This document shows positions 9,667 through 20,004 of a stretch of 64,000 nt of DNA, piece after piece. Source of the stretch: a virus; the IMG/VR virus record IMGVR_UViG_3300009370_001778, positions 1 through 64,000 of that record. The stretch is one strand, 5' to 3'. Within the stretch, counting starts at the first letter, position 1, and every line of letters starts with the position of its first letter. Both the position numbers and the translations under genes were made by a program. Below the pieces are notes generated by a model, which made no database searches, was not told the origin of the DNA, and saw nothing but the letters and a program-made list of their open reading frames with translations.

Positions 9667-11542
9667 ATCTGTATTCATTATAGCTGAAATCGGTATTAAT
9701 CACAATGGAAGTGTAGATCTAGGAAAGAGACTGGTGGACGCTTGCAAAGAGTCGGGTGCTGACTGTGCTAAATTTCAAATGCGTAATCTCAAAGAGCTAT
9801 ATAGGGATAGCGAAGACTATCAAAATGAAGACCTGTCCTCTCAATATGTTCTTGATATTTTAAACAAGTTTAACATGGAAAAAGAGGGTCTATTTTGCCT
9901 TTTTGATTATTGTCAAGAAATTGGCATAACTCCCATTTGCACACCTTGGGACATAAGCAGTTTTAATAGTCTTGAAGATTATGGTATGTCGGCTTACAAG
10001 ACAGCATCTGCTGACTTAACCAACCACGAACTACTTAAAGCTATCGCCCTATCTGGTAAACAGATGTTTGTTTCCACGGGAATGTCTATTGAGGAAGAGA
10101 TCGTAGAAGCCAGCCATCTGTTGAAAAGAAGCAACGCTCTATTTAATTTACTACACTGTAACTCCACCTATCCCCCTCCCTTTAAGGATGTTAATCTAAA
10201 TTACCTTACTTCTCTAGAAAAGATATCGGGCAGACCAGTTGGTTATTCTGGACATGAGAGGGGAATATCTGTCCCCATAGCCGCTGTTGCTAAAGGTGCA
10301 AGAATAATAGAAAAACATATCACCCTCTCAAATGACATGGAGGGAAATGATCACAAGATAAGCCTGCTCCCTGAAGAGTTCAAGCTTATGGTAAAATACA
10401 TACGTGAAGTTGAGCAGTCCCTAGGTAGCTCAGACCCCAGAACCTGTTCCTCTGGAGAGTTAATCAATCGAGAAGGCCTTTCCAAGAGTATCATTTCGAA
10501 AGTAAATATCAAAAAAAATGAAACCATAAAACGAGAACATCTTGACATAAAAAGTCCCGGAAAAGGACTTCAGCCCAACAGACTTCCAGATGTAGTAGGC
10601 AAAAAGGCAAAACGAGACATTCCCAAAGGACATTTCTTATATGAGTTTGACATAAGAGACACGGTTTCAGCAAGAGAGTATGACATCCCTCGCAACTGGG
10701 GTGTGCCAGTTAGATTTCATGACTATATGTTTTTTCTAGAAAATTCTAACGCTAAATTTCTTGAGTTTCATTTAAGTTACAATGACTTATCCTTTAATAT
10801 AGAAGAAACATTCTCAGATAATATATATGACATTGATTTTATTGTTCACAGTCCCGACATCTTTGAAGGAGACCATCTTTTAGATATTTCTCTAGAGAAT
10901 GAGGAACACAGAATGGAATCAATAGAGAATCTACGCCGAGTTGTTGATATTACTAAATCAATGAGGCCTTACTTTAATACAAAAGGAAAAACTACCATAG
11001 TCGCAAGCGTTGGTGGCTCTACAAGAAATGCCCCGATGCACCACTCAACGAAAGCCGAAGCGTACAAAAGGGTGGAGATGTCTCTGAGAGAGCTAGACAA
11101 CGAAGATACAGAAATTATAATACAAACCCTTCCTCCTTTTCCGTGGTATTTCGGTGGACAGTTGTTTTTAAATCTATTTGTGGACTCCAAGGAAACCTTT
11201 GAGTTTTGCCAAGAATACAATCGTCGAATTTGCTTTGATACATCCCATTCTCAATTGGCATGTAATAGAGATAAGACTGGGTTTATTGAAAGCGTATCTC
11301 TACTCAACCCCTATATTAAGCATATGCATGTGGCCGATGCTCACGGAATGGATCAAGAGGGAGTGCAATTAGGCTATGGAGATGTTGACTTTGAAAAATT
11401 GTTTAAAGTGATTAATGTAGACACCACATTCATACCGGAGATATGGCAGGGGCACAGAAATTTTGGAGAAGAGTGCTGGAAAGCATTGGACTATATAGAA
11501 AACGTATTTAAGGCAGAGGGACATTATGGCTCATATATTTAA
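9653..11542 (+). CDS. neuB: NeuB-family nonulosonate synthase fused to SAF and C-terminal xylose-isomerase-like TIM barrel
   Basis: IIAEIGINHNGS, AKFQ, LHCNSTYP, GYSGHE, IIEKHITL, KSPGKG; C-terminal EFH, CFDTSH, HMHVADA, PEIWQGH. Confidence 0.88.
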   Translation: MDINKSVFIIAEIGINHNGSVDLGKRLVDACKESGADCAKFQMRNLKELYRDSEDYQNEDLSSQYVLDILNKFNMEKEGLFCLFDYCQEIGITPICTPWDISSFNSLEDYGMSAYKTASADLTNHELLKAIALSGKQMFVSTGMSIEEEIVEASHLLKRSNALFNLLHCNSTYPPPFKDVNLNYLTSLEKISGRPVGYSGHERGISVPIAAVAKGARIIEKHITLSNDMEGNDHKISLLPEEFKLMVKYIREVEQSLGSSDPRTCSSGELINREGLSKSIISKVNIKKNETIKREHLDIKSPGKGLQPNRLPDVVGKKAKRDIPKGHFLYEFDIRDTVSAREYDIPRNWGVPVRFHDYMFFLENSNAKFLEFHLSYNDLSFNIEETFSDNIYDIDFIVHSPDIFEGDHLLDISLENEEHRMESIENLRRVVDITKSMRPYFNTKGKTTIVASVGGSTRNAPMHHSTKAEAYKRVEMSLRELDNEDTEIIIQTLPPFPWYFGGQLFLNLFVDSKETFEFCQEYNRRICFDTSHSQLACNRDKTGFIESVSLLNPYIKHMHVADAHGMDQEGVQLGYGDVDFEKLFKVINVDTTFIPEIWQGHRNFGEECWKALDYIENVFKAEGHYGSYI

Positions 11543-12575
11543 GCACCCCAAAGAAGACACCAAGGGGATTGTAGTTATCTCTCATCAAGAAGCAGAGAGA
11601 GGGCTAAACCACTATTCAGATATGATGAACAGAATAGGTGAAAAATACTTTATAGGAATACACTACGGCGGATTTTCCAAAGGTGTCCGATATCCCGGTT
11701 TCGCTGATTTTTTTATGGGAAGACCCTCAGTAACAGACATATCACAAAGATATCCAGATGCCTTTGAGATTCCAATCGTAAGCTCTAACTTTACGTCTAC
11801 CGTCTTTAGAAAAGACTCGGAAGTAAAGAAATACTGGGACATAATTAATATTTCGAGAGCGGCCAACGTTAAGAGGCTAGGCGATTTTTTCAGAGAAATA
11901 AAAAAGATATACAACAAAGGATATAAATACAAGGTTCTTCTGATATCTCCAAAGAGACACGAAGACACCCCAGAAGACCATTTTATGGATATAGAAGATG
12001 TATATTATGATATGTTCTCAAAAGAAGAAAGACAGTGGTTTACCCTAATGAGACTGGCCCAAAACTTAGAGTTCAAGGGGCTTAGTAAGACCCAGCTTTC
12101 CTATTTTTATCAGTCTTCAAAATGTGCAACGTTATTTTCAGATTGCGAAGGGAGCCCCGGAGTAGTGGCAGAAGCTTTGCTTACTGAAATCCCTGTAGTG
12201 ATGTATGCGGGTCAGCTTGGAAGCGGTAGAGACCTTTTAACGGGGGAAAATTCTGTTATGTGGGAAGACTACAACAGTGCCCACGAGTCTCTTATTCACG
12301 CTGTAGAAAACCATAAGAAGTTTGTATTTGATTCAGAGACCCTTGCTAATGCATACAGTGAGAACAAAGGACTGGAACATCTGAAACTTTATTTTGAAAA
12401 GCTATACTCTTTACACGGAGAAGAATTCGACGGAGAGTTGATTAATACAGATGATTTGGTTAGTAGGCTTCCATCTCATTACACTGAGCTGCCTTGGGTT
12501 GATACTAGACTTTATAATGGACACATGACTAAATCAGAACATTATGAAGCTTTTTGCAAGGAGCTTAAATTATGA
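11526..12575 (+). CDS. GT-B (GT4-like) glycosyltransferase
   Basis: EGSPGVVAEALLTEIPVV (ExxxxxxxE). Confidence 0.7.
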   Translation: MAHIFKHPKEDTKGIVVISHQEAERGLNHYSDMMNRIGEKYFIGIHYGGFSKGVRYPGFADFFMGRPSVTDISQRYPDAFEIPIVSSNFTSTVFRKDSEVKKYWDIINISRAANVKRLGDFFREIKKIYNKGYKYKVLLISPKRHEDTPEDHFMDIEDVYYDMFSKEERQWFTLMRLAQNLEFKGLSKTQLSYFYQSSKCATLFSDCEGSPGVVAEALLTEIPVVMYAGQLGSGRDLLTGENSVMWEDYNSAHESLIHAVENHKKFVFDSETLANAYSENKGLEHLKLYFEKLYSLHGEEFDGELINTDDLVSRLPSHYTELPWVDTRLYNGHMTKSEHYEAFCKELKL

Positions 12576-13270
12576 CACGCGATGAAGAATTAGAAAAAGA
12601 AGAAAGAGAAAAATATAATTATGTCGTTAATGAAAAAGGTTATGGCTCCGATTATGAGAGAAAGGTACAAATAGAGAGAATGGTAGGTGGTCTTGGAGAC
12701 GTTTCGGTAGCCTACTTAAATATTCTTTCAGAACTTAAGAGGGGTCGTTTTGCAGAAGATAGCTTTATAGAAGATAGCTTTAAAGTTCTAGACATAGGCT
12801 CTGGGCCCGGAGGAGTTATGGCATGGCTATTTTCAGAGCACGGAGCAGACGTTTATGGCATAGATATATCAGATGCATTCGTTGAATACGCAAAGAGTAA
12901 CTTTCCTTTTTTAGAAAATAATTTTGTAGGAAATGCAAGCAACATGCATATGTTTGAAGATAATTCCTTTGACTTGGTTCAACACCTAGATGGGATGGAG
13001 CATATTCCAGTTGAATGGGAAGAAGACTGCCTAAAGGAAGCTGTTCGCGTTTCTAATAAGTATATATTCTACGAGAATGCTTGTCAAGATGCACACGCTG
13101 ACAATTGGATGGCTGAGAAAGATTACACAAAGGCTCATATAAATATCAAGTCCCCAAGCGAATGGGTAGAATTTTACAAAAGTCATACTGAAGAACTAAA
13201 CTATGAAATAATACATAAGTATGAGGATTCAAGTCTTCATCAAGCTATAATATTGAGGAAAAACAAATGA
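12572..13270 (+). CDS. Class I SAM-dependent methyltransferase
   Basis: VLDIGSGPG, GIDIS, FEDNSFDLV, MEHIP. Confidence 0.85.
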   Translation: MTRDEELEKEEREKYNYVVNEKGYGSDYERKVQIERMVGGLGDVSVAYLNILSELKRGRFAEDSFIEDSFKVLDIGSGPGGVMAWLFSEHGADVYGIDISDAFVEYAKSNFPFLENNFVGNASNMHMFEDNSFDLVQHLDGMEHIPVEWEEDCLKEAVRVSNKYIFYENACQDAHADNWMAEKDYTKAHINIKSPSEWVEFYKSHTEELNYEIIHKYEDSSLHQAIILRKNK

Positions 13271-14010
13271 CACATAAAATAGTTTTCGTAGTAGCTCATC
13301 CCGACGATGAGAGTCTCTGGATAGGGGGTTTATTAAATTTTCTAGTTAATCGAAACGAAGTTGAGCCCTACGTTATTTGTATAACAGGCAGACATGACCC
13401 CTATCGTTACAAAGAGTTTGAAGAGGCAATGAATGTTATAGGGTTAAAGAGCTGGTCAGTACAAGAAGAAAACATTCCGCAGAGAGGGGGAATACCCCTA
13501 AGCAACCCCGAAGGAGCGTTCTATAAAGGTTTAGAAGAGTTGAATCTATCTTTAAGCGATATCGACCTGTTGATAACCCACCCATTTTATGGTGATGAAC
13601 ATCTACATTTACAGCATGTGCATCTTTTCTCCAATTTATATTCTATATCAAGCTCAAACAATACACCCTTTGGTTTTTTTAGCACATGCACAATTCCCTA
13701 CTTTAAACTGACTCCACTTTCTATAGATATGAGAAGGGATGGGAAAACGCATCTTGTAAATTTCTGTTCATGTGAAGGCTCTCACAAAGGGATATCTCCG
13801 TCGCATTTCTTTCAATTTAAAATAGATGGTGAGGTAAAAAACAAAATGCTTAAATGCTACGACTCAATAAACCAAGAAGAACACCAGAGAGGTTACGCTT
13901 CTTGGGACAGTTGTGTAGAAGGACTGTATGTGCTAGACAGTCATGGTACAAGTATACTAGAAGAGATACAAAAAAATCTAAACATACCTGCAGAAGGAGC
14001 ACTTTTTTAA
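13267..14010 (+). CDS. PIG-L/LmbE family deacetylase
   Basis: VVAHPDDE, ITH...H..H. Confidence 0.8.
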   Translation: MTHKIVFVVAHPDDESLWIGGLLNFLVNRNEVEPYVICITGRHDPYRYKEFEEAMNVIGLKSWSVQEENIPQRGGIPLSNPEGAFYKGLEELNLSLSDIDLLITHPFYGDEHLHLQHVHLFSNLYSISSSNNTPFGFFSTCTIPYFKLTPLSIDMRRDGKTHLVNFCSCEGSHKGISPSHFFQFKIDGEVKNKMLKCYDSINQEEHQRGYASWDSCVEGLYVLDSHGTSILEEIQKNLNIPAEGALF

Positions 14011-14828
14011 TGACTATTTTAATAACAGGCATAACAGGCTCTCTTGGAACCGCTCTGGTTGAGGAGGGTATCAAAAGAGACCATCATGTAATAGGGGTGG
14101 CTCATTCCGAAAAGAGAAACAAGCTGATGCAACTTCAATATCCTGACGTTGAACTTCATGTAGCAGATATATCCGATGGAGAAGTGCTAGATAAAATAAT
14201 CAGCAGATGTAATGTGGATTATATAATTCATTGTGCAGCAATGAAGTACATAGACATATGCGAGAATAACCCGACGAGAGCAGTTGATGTTAATGTAAAC
14301 GGAAGTAGAAACGTTATCAATTCGGCCTACAGTCATGAGGTAAAAAATGTCATAGCTGTCAGCACGGATAAAGCCATTAACCCATCATGCGTATACGGAT
14401 CAACAAAACTACTGATGGAAAAAATGATGTTGGAAAATAACTATTCTGTTATACAGGGGGTTAATTTCTTTTTCTCAAGCGGAAGCGTTCTTGAGATTTG
14501 GGAACGGGCCAAAGACAACCAAGAGCCGATTAAAGTCAACACCAATAATACCGTAAGATATTTTGTCGATGCTGCCGATGTCGCCAGTAAAATATTAGAC
14601 AACCTGTCGATACAGGGACAGTATTTAAACCTAGATAGTTGCTATAGGGTGCATTTACACGACCTAGCCACAGCTTTTTGTGAGTACCATGATTACCACA
14701 ATACAGCAGAGTATGAGCCTATTTCAGCAGAAAAAGTTGTAGAGGAAGTTCCGGAGAATGTTAAAATTATGGAGATAGGCGTTACAGAATTAAAAGATAT
14801 ATTTAGCAGGTACGATCATGTCCATTGA
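14010..14828 (+). CDS. UDP-GlcNAc 4,6-dehydratase-like (PseB/CapD family SDR)
   Basis: ITGITGSLG, IIHCAAMK, CENNP, STDKAINP..VYGSTK; start moved to TAATG overlap. Confidence 0.8.
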   Translation: MTILITGITGSLGTALVEEGIKRDHHVIGVAHSEKRNKLMQLQYPDVELHVADISDGEVLDKIISRCNVDYIIHCAAMKYIDICENNPTRAVDVNVNGSRNVINSAYSHEVKNVIAVSTDKAINPSCVYGSTKLLMEKMMLENNYSVIQGVNFFFSSGSVLEIWERAKDNQEPIKVNTNNTVRYFVDAADVASKILDNLSIQGQYLNLDSCYRVHLHDLATAFCEYHDYHNTAEYEPISAEKVVEEVPENVKIMEIGVTELKDIFSRYDHVH

Positions 14829-15474
14829 ACTTGAAGATCTAAGTCTATTAAAAGAATTAAGAGAGCAATTCCCTGATGGGAACTCATGCGCAATACTAGG
14901 TGACTGCAAAATACATAACCTGAGCGGAATAGAAGAATTTAAAAGTGTAATGAATTTTAAAGAAGTGGATACCTTTGACGTTAATGGAAACCCTTCGTTC
15001 AAAAAAGACTTAAACAACCTACTAGATGAATCTTTCCATAGTAAATACGACTGGGTAATCGACTCAGGGACAATGTATTGTTGTTTTGATACCTGTACAG
15101 TTTGGCAAAATATAATAAACATACTAAAGGACAAGGGTTGCATACTGCACACCGGAAATTTATCTGGATTTTACGGTCGAGGCTTTTATTCGCTAAGCCC
15201 TGCTCTTTTTAGAGACTTTTATAACGCTAATGGTTTTGATATTAAAATGATGGGTTCAAAGACTCGTCAACAAAGAGAGTGGGTAAAATTCGATCCAAAA
15301 AATACATATCTAGAAGAAGCCTCAGATAATGCCATGAGCTTTGCGGAGACCAGTAGAGGATACATACCCTTAATACCAAACGATGCAATGATTTCATGTT
15401 TTGCTACGAGGTCAACAAAAGTAGAGTTTAAGAAACCAATACCACAACATTTTATAGATACCAATGGAGGTTGA
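14818..15474 (+). CDS. Hypothetical, methyltransferase-like
   Basis: DLN...YDWVIDSGT...GFYSLSP pattern; SAM motif degenerate. Confidence 0.5.
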   Translation: MSIELEDLSLLKELREQFPDGNSCAILGDCKIHNLSGIEEFKSVMNFKEVDTFDVNGNPSFKKDLNNLLDESFHSKYDWVIDSGTMYCCFDTCTVWQNIINILKDKGCILHTGNLSGFYGRGFYSLSPALFRDFYNANGFDIKMMGSKTRQQREWVKFDPKNTYLEEASDNAMSFAETSRGYIPLIPNDAMISCFATRSTKVEFKKPIPQHFIDTNGG

Positions 15475-15475
15475 T

Positions 15476-16186
15476 ATGCCAAATCTTAATTTTAACAAAG
15501 AAGAGGTTTTTAATACAATACAAGAAGAAGGCTTGTGCAAGATTGACAATTTTTTAAGCGAGCAGGAGACACTATCATTAAAGAACGAGCTATTATCTAC
15601 CTTCAGCACTATGGAAACTGGAGAAGAATTTGAATTTCCCCATGCAAAGGAACTATCCTATCCTTTTGGTAAAATATGTAGAGTGTCAGGGGGCTATTTA
15701 AAGAACTTTCCCAATATCCTTGCCTCATTTAACCATCCAGAATTGCACGAGCTAACAGATAACTATTTTAACAAGCCTCACCACAAGTTATTTCAGGTGT
15801 TTTTTAGCCATGAATATTTAACTCCAGATCAGACCGATGGGGTGACAAGGAACTCTGTCTTGCATGTTGACCCATATCACGCCTTTAAGTTTATGATATA
15901 CCTTACAGATTGTGACGAAAACAACGGTGCATTTAGGTATATTAAGGGCTCACATATAGACGGACAGAAGGCGAGAGAAGGGCATGCTATCGAAGGCCTA
16001 ATGGGGGATAAATACAAACTTGATGAGAATCCAGATCTTTTTAATAAATACTCAGAGGATGACGTTGTATACGCATCTGGAAAATCTGGAGATTTACTAG
16101 TTTTTACCACTGATATTATTCATGGTGGTGGTATAATTAAGAAAGAAGGATTAGAGCGAATAGGTATTATTTGCCATAATAGATAA
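15476..16186 (+). CDS. PhyH-like 2OG-Fe(II) dioxygenase
   Basis: LHVD, YLTD..ENNGAF.YIKGSH, GDLLVF...IIHGG; GGAGG RBS before ATG 15476. Confidence 0.8.
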   Translation: MPNLNFNKEEVFNTIQEEGLCKIDNFLSEQETLSLKNELLSTFSTMETGEEFEFPHAKELSYPFGKICRVSGGYLKNFPNILASFNHPELHELTDNYFNKPHHKLFQVFFSHEYLTPDQTDGVTRNSVLHVDPYHAFKFMIYLTDCDENNGAFRYIKGSHIDGQKAREGHAIEGLMGDKYKLDENPDLFNKYSEDDVVYASGKSGDLLVFTTDIIHGGGIIKKEGLERIGIICHNR

Positions 16187-16188
16187 CA

Positions 16189-17130
16189 ATGATAAATTTA
16201 TTCAACATAAATGATTACACAATAGACACAGCGAGATTTTCAAATCTCCTGCACGACAATATCGTTACGGATTTTGAAAAATCTTTTGCAGAATATGTAG
16301 GTGCAAAATATGCCTGCTCCGCAAACAGCGCGTCTAGCCTGATCTACCTAGCTACCAAAAGCTGCGATGATATACTTTCAATACCCAGCTGTATACCTCC
16401 GGTTGTTCCCAACGCCCTTGAAATGGCGGGGGCTAGATATATATTTCAGGATGACGTTGATTGGGTAGGAAGCGCATATACCCTTATTGATAACCATGAG
16501 CGTACAATAGTTGACTCTGCTCAAGAAGTTACGAGAGATCAGTTTAAGAATTTACAAAATCCAAATGCAGAGATGATCTTTAGCTTCTATCCCACTAAAC
16601 CAGTAGGCGGGTGCGACGGAGGAATGATCGTCTCTGACAACAAAGCTACCATAGATAAATATAAAGAACAAACCCTCAATGGAATGAGCTACTCGGAAAA
16701 TAGCTGGGAAAGGAAATACAGCTCTGTTGGTTACAAGATGCACTGGAACTCTATATCTGCCTACATTGCAAATGAAAACTTAAAAAAGCTGGATGAAAAA
16801 TACAAAAAACTTGACAGAATAAGAGAGATATATAATAAAGAGCTACACTGTAAAAATAAAAGCAGACATCTTTATAGAATAAGAGTAGAAAATAACAACG
16901 AGTTTATAAAAAGAGCTAAAGAGCTTGATATGGCGTGTGGTATACATTATAAACAGTGCCATAAAAAGCCATTTTATAAAAATATGGATATCTACATGCC
17001 ATACTGTAGAAGCTACACAAAGTCTATGAAAGAGTCCAGAACAACAGTTAGCATACCATTTCATGAAAAGCTATCAGAAAATGAAATTGATAGGGTAATT
17101 AATAATGTCAAAAGACTGGCCAATATTTAA
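16189..17130 (+). CDS. DegT/DnrJ/EryC1 sugar aminotransferase
   Basis: FEKSFAEYVG, VDSAQ, FSFYPTK (PLP Lys), DGGM, GIHY, SIPFH. Confidence 0.85.
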   Translation: MINLFNINDYTIDTARFSNLLHDNIVTDFEKSFAEYVGAKYACSANSASSLIYLATKSCDDILSIPSCIPPVVPNALEMAGARYIFQDDVDWVGSAYTLIDNHERTIVDSAQEVTRDQFKNLQNPNAEMIFSFYPTKPVGGCDGGMIVSDNKATIDKYKEQTLNGMSYSENSWERKYSSVGYKMHWNSISAYIANENLKKLDEKYKKLDRIREIYNKELHCKNKSRHLYRIRVENNNEFIKRAKELDMACGIHYKQCHKKPFYKNMDIYMPYCRSYTKSMKESRTTVSIPFHEKLSENEIDRVINNVKRLANI

Positions 17131-17488
17131 AGATGATGATGGAACGCTTGTTCCTATAGAGTTTTCAAAACTACCTTTTAAGCCCCGCAGGATATTTTAT
17201 GTATGTGATGTGCCAAAGGGTGAAGAAAGAGGTATGCACGCCCATTATGAGACACAACAGATTTTGACATGCATAAAGGGAAAGATACTAGTTAAGCTGC
17301 ACAATGGAATCTCTATGTCTGAAACCGTCCTAGAGGAGAACGACACGGTCTTTATAGATAAAATGACATGGGACTCCCAAGTGTTTTTGACAGGGAATGA
17401 TGTGTTATTATCTATATGTTCTACTGAATATAATTTAGATGATTATATTGATGATTTTGATTTCTTTTTAAAATTAAATAAGGAATAG
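17105..17488 (+). CDS. dTDP-4-keto-6-deoxyglucose 3,4-ketoisomerase (FdtA/QdtA cupin)
   Basis: GTLVPIE..LPF..RIFY..VP..RGMHAH...YNLDDYI. Confidence 0.85.
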   Translation: MSKDWPIFKDDDGTLVPIEFSKLPFKPRRIFYVCDVPKGEERGMHAHYETQQILTCIKGKILVKLHNGISMSETVLEENDTVFIDKMTWDSQVFLTGNDVLLSICSTEYNLDDYIDDFDFFLKLNKE

Positions 17489-17490
17489 TT

Positions 17491-18192
17491 ATGAAGGGGA
17501 TAATCTTAGCAGGAGGAACTGGTAGCAGGCTCTACCCTCTAACTAAAGCCACCAATAAACATCTGCTTCCCATTGGTTCTTTTCCAATGATCCACTACCC
17601 CATAACCAGCCTAACAAATGCTGGAGTAAGGGACATTATGGTAATTACTGGAACTGAACACATGGGCGATATGATTACTTTCTTAGGTAGCGGAAGAGAA
17701 TACGATTGCGAGTTCACCTTTAAAGTACAGGATCAGCCAGATGGAATCGCAGGAGCACTGAAGCTGTGTGAAAATTTTGTAGGGCACGACAGTTGTGTAA
17801 CGATACTCGGAGACAATATATTTAAGCATGACCTATCAGAAGACTTAAAACAATTCAAAAATGGGTGTAAATTATTCTTCATCAAAGTTGACGACCCAGA
17901 AAGATATGGGGTTGGAGTCTTCGATGGAGAAAAGCTGATTGCTGTAGAAGAGAAACCTAAAAAACCAAAAAGCAACTTAGCCTGTGTCGGAATATATGTC
18001 TATGACAATTCTGTCTTTAAGGTTATAAACAATACAAAGAAATCCTTAAGGGGTGAGTACGAAATATCATCAGTTAATAATGCATATATAGACAAGGGGG
18101 ACGCATCCTTTTCCGTTTTAGATGGAGGATGGGTTGACGCTGGGACTATGGATGCTTACCATAAAACCAATAGGGTTATATATGATGAATAA
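17491..18192 (+). CDS. rmlA: Glucose-1-phosphate thymidylyltransferase
   Basis: KGIILAGGTGSRLYPLT, QPDGIA, LGDNIF, EEKP, RGEYEI, WVDAGT. Confidence 0.9.
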   Translation: MKGIILAGGTGSRLYPLTKATNKHLLPIGSFPMIHYPITSLTNAGVRDIMVITGTEHMGDMITFLGSGREYDCEFTFKVQDQPDGIAGALKLCENFVGHDSCVTILGDNIFKHDLSEDLKQFKNGCKLFFIKVDDPERYGVGVFDGEKLIAVEEKPKKPKSNLACVGIYVYDNSVFKVINNTKKSLRGEYEISSVNNAYIDKGDASFSVLDGGWVDAGTMDAYHKTNRVIYDE

Positions 18193-19096
18193 TTTTTTAA
18201 TCACTGGGTGTGCTGGCTTTATAGGAAGCCATGCCTGCGATGTCTTTTTAGAAAACAGTCACAATGTTATTGGGCTGGACAAGCTAACATATGCTGGAAA
18301 GGCCCAAAACATACCCTCTCACATGAAGAGCTATACCGAAGATATATGCAGCACTGAAGCATTGACCGAGATATGTGAACGGCATGACATAGAGTGTATT
18401 ATTAATTTTGCTGCAGAATCCCATGTTGATAATTCAATAAAAGGATATGATTCTTTCATACAGTCTAACATACAGGGGGTTAAAAGTATCCTTGACGTGT
18501 GCAAAGAAAAGGATATCTTGTTAGTGCAAATATCCACCGATGAAGTCTATGGGCCAATTAAGGAAGGTTCTTTTCACGAAGGTTCTCCCATAAGACCAAT
18601 GAATTACTACTCGGCAACTAAAGCAGCTGCTGAGCATTTGGTTTTTGCATACCATAATACTTTTAAGATCCCTTACAAGATGGTTAGAATGAGTAATAAT
18701 TATGGCCCTCGACAGCACGATGAAAAATTTCTGCCCACAATATTAAGATCTATAGAGAACGGTAACAAGATACCTCTTTATGGAACTGGTGATAATGTAA
18801 GAGACTGGATTTATGTAGAAGACTCCGCAAGGGCAATATATAATATAGTTAATGGTGCTCCGCTGAATGAAACTTATAACATAAGTTTTAAGGATGAAAA
18901 AACAAATAAAGAGGTAATAAAAGTTGTCTTAGACAGAATAGATTTAAAATGGGATGACTATGTTATGCATGTGCCCGACAGACTAGGGCATGACTTTAGG
19001 TATAGTATAACAAATGATAAGATGTTAGAATATATTGACTTTGAACAGACTCCTTTTAGCACAGGACTTGAAAAAACAATTAAGGAAACCCTATGA
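18182..19096 (+). CDS. rmlB: dTDP-glucose 4,6-dehydratase
   Basis: TGCAGFIGS, DKLTYAG, AAESHVD, STDEVYG, YSATK, NNYGPRQ, RDWIYVED, DRLGHDFRY. Confidence 0.9.
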   Translation: MMNNFLITGCAGFIGSHACDVFLENSHNVIGLDKLTYAGKAQNIPSHMKSYTEDICSTEALTEICERHDIECIINFAAESHVDNSIKGYDSFIQSNIQGVKSILDVCKEKDILLVQISTDEVYGPIKEGSFHEGSPIRPMNYYSATKAAAEHLVFAYHNTFKIPYKMVRMSNNYGPRQHDEKFLPTILRSIENGNKIPLYGTGDNVRDWIYVEDSARAIYNIVNGAPLNETYNISFKDEKTNKEVIKVVLDRIDLKWDDYVMHVPDRLGHDFRYSITNDKMLEYIDFEQTPFSTGLEKTIKETL

Positions 19097-20004
19097 AAGT
19101 TTTGTTAACAGGAGCTACAGGCTTCTTAGGAAAGAATTTAAAAAAGAGGCTATCGCTATCACATGAACTAGTGGGGGTTGGGTCTGAATGGGACTTGAGA
19201 AGACAAGAGACATGTGAAAGACTAATATCTAAATGTGAACCGGATGCGGTTATACATGCTGCAGGTAGTGTGGGTGGAATAGGAGCAAATCAAGACAATC
19301 CCGGAAAGTTTATATACGAAAACCTCATCATGGGTACAAATGTTATTCACGAATCCATGAGACAAGATATTAAAAAATTTATACTCTTGGGAACGGTGTG
19401 TGCATACCCTAAGCATACAGAAGTGCCCTTTAAAGAAGAGAACATCTGGAATGGTTATCCAGAAGAGACAAATGCTCCATACGGGATTGCCAAAAAAGCA
19501 CTTATGCAAATGGTGCAATCATACCATGAACAGTACGGTCTTAACGGTATCAACCTGATTCCTGTTAACATGTACGGGCCTCACGATCATTTTAACCTAA
19601 CCAGCAGTCACGTAATACCCGCTTTAATACTAAAAATTCATAACGCAGTCATCAATAAACAGAATGAGATTGTTATATGGGGCACTGGTAATGCGTCTAG
19701 AGAGTTTCTATTCGCTGAAGATTGTGCAGAGGCTATTTCCCTAGCTCTAGAAAAAAATATTCCTCCCACTCCTATAAACATAGGGACTGGTTCTGAAATA
19801 AAAATCATAGATCTTGTTAAAACTATAGCTGATATAATTGGCTTTCAGGGTATAATAAGGTGTGATGAAAGCAAGCCTGACGGACAGCCGAGGAGATGTT
19901 TGGATACTTCTAAAGCAAAAGAGTTGCTAGATTTTGAGGCTAGCACAGACTTACGAACTGGTCTTGCGAAAACAATAGATTGGTTTTTAAAAAATAGGGG
20001 GTGA
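19093..20004 (+). CDS. fcl: GDP-L-fucose synthase
   Basis: VGGIGAN, GTVCAYP, YGIAK, PVNMYGP, SHVIPALI, WGTG..SREF, KPDGQPRR. Confidence 0.9.
   Translation: MKVLLTGATGFLGKNLKKRLSLSHELVGVGSEWDLRRQETCERLISKCEPDAVIHAAGSVGGIGANQDNPGKFIYENLIMGTNVIHESMRQDIKKFILLGTVCAYPKHTEVPFKEENIWNGYPEETNAPYGIAKKALMQMVQSYHEQYGLNGINLIPVNMYGPHDHFNLTSSHVIPALILKIHNAVINKQNEIVIWGTGNASREFLFAEDCAEAISLALEKNIPPTPINIGTGSEIKIIDLVKTIADIIGFQGIIRCDESKPDGQPRRCLDTSKAKELLDFEASTDLRTGLAKTIDWFLKNRG

Noticed and set aside
12754-12782. Tandem 14-bp repeat agaagatagcttta (EDSFIEDSFK)
   Set aside because: A single in-frame micro-duplication with no sign of function.
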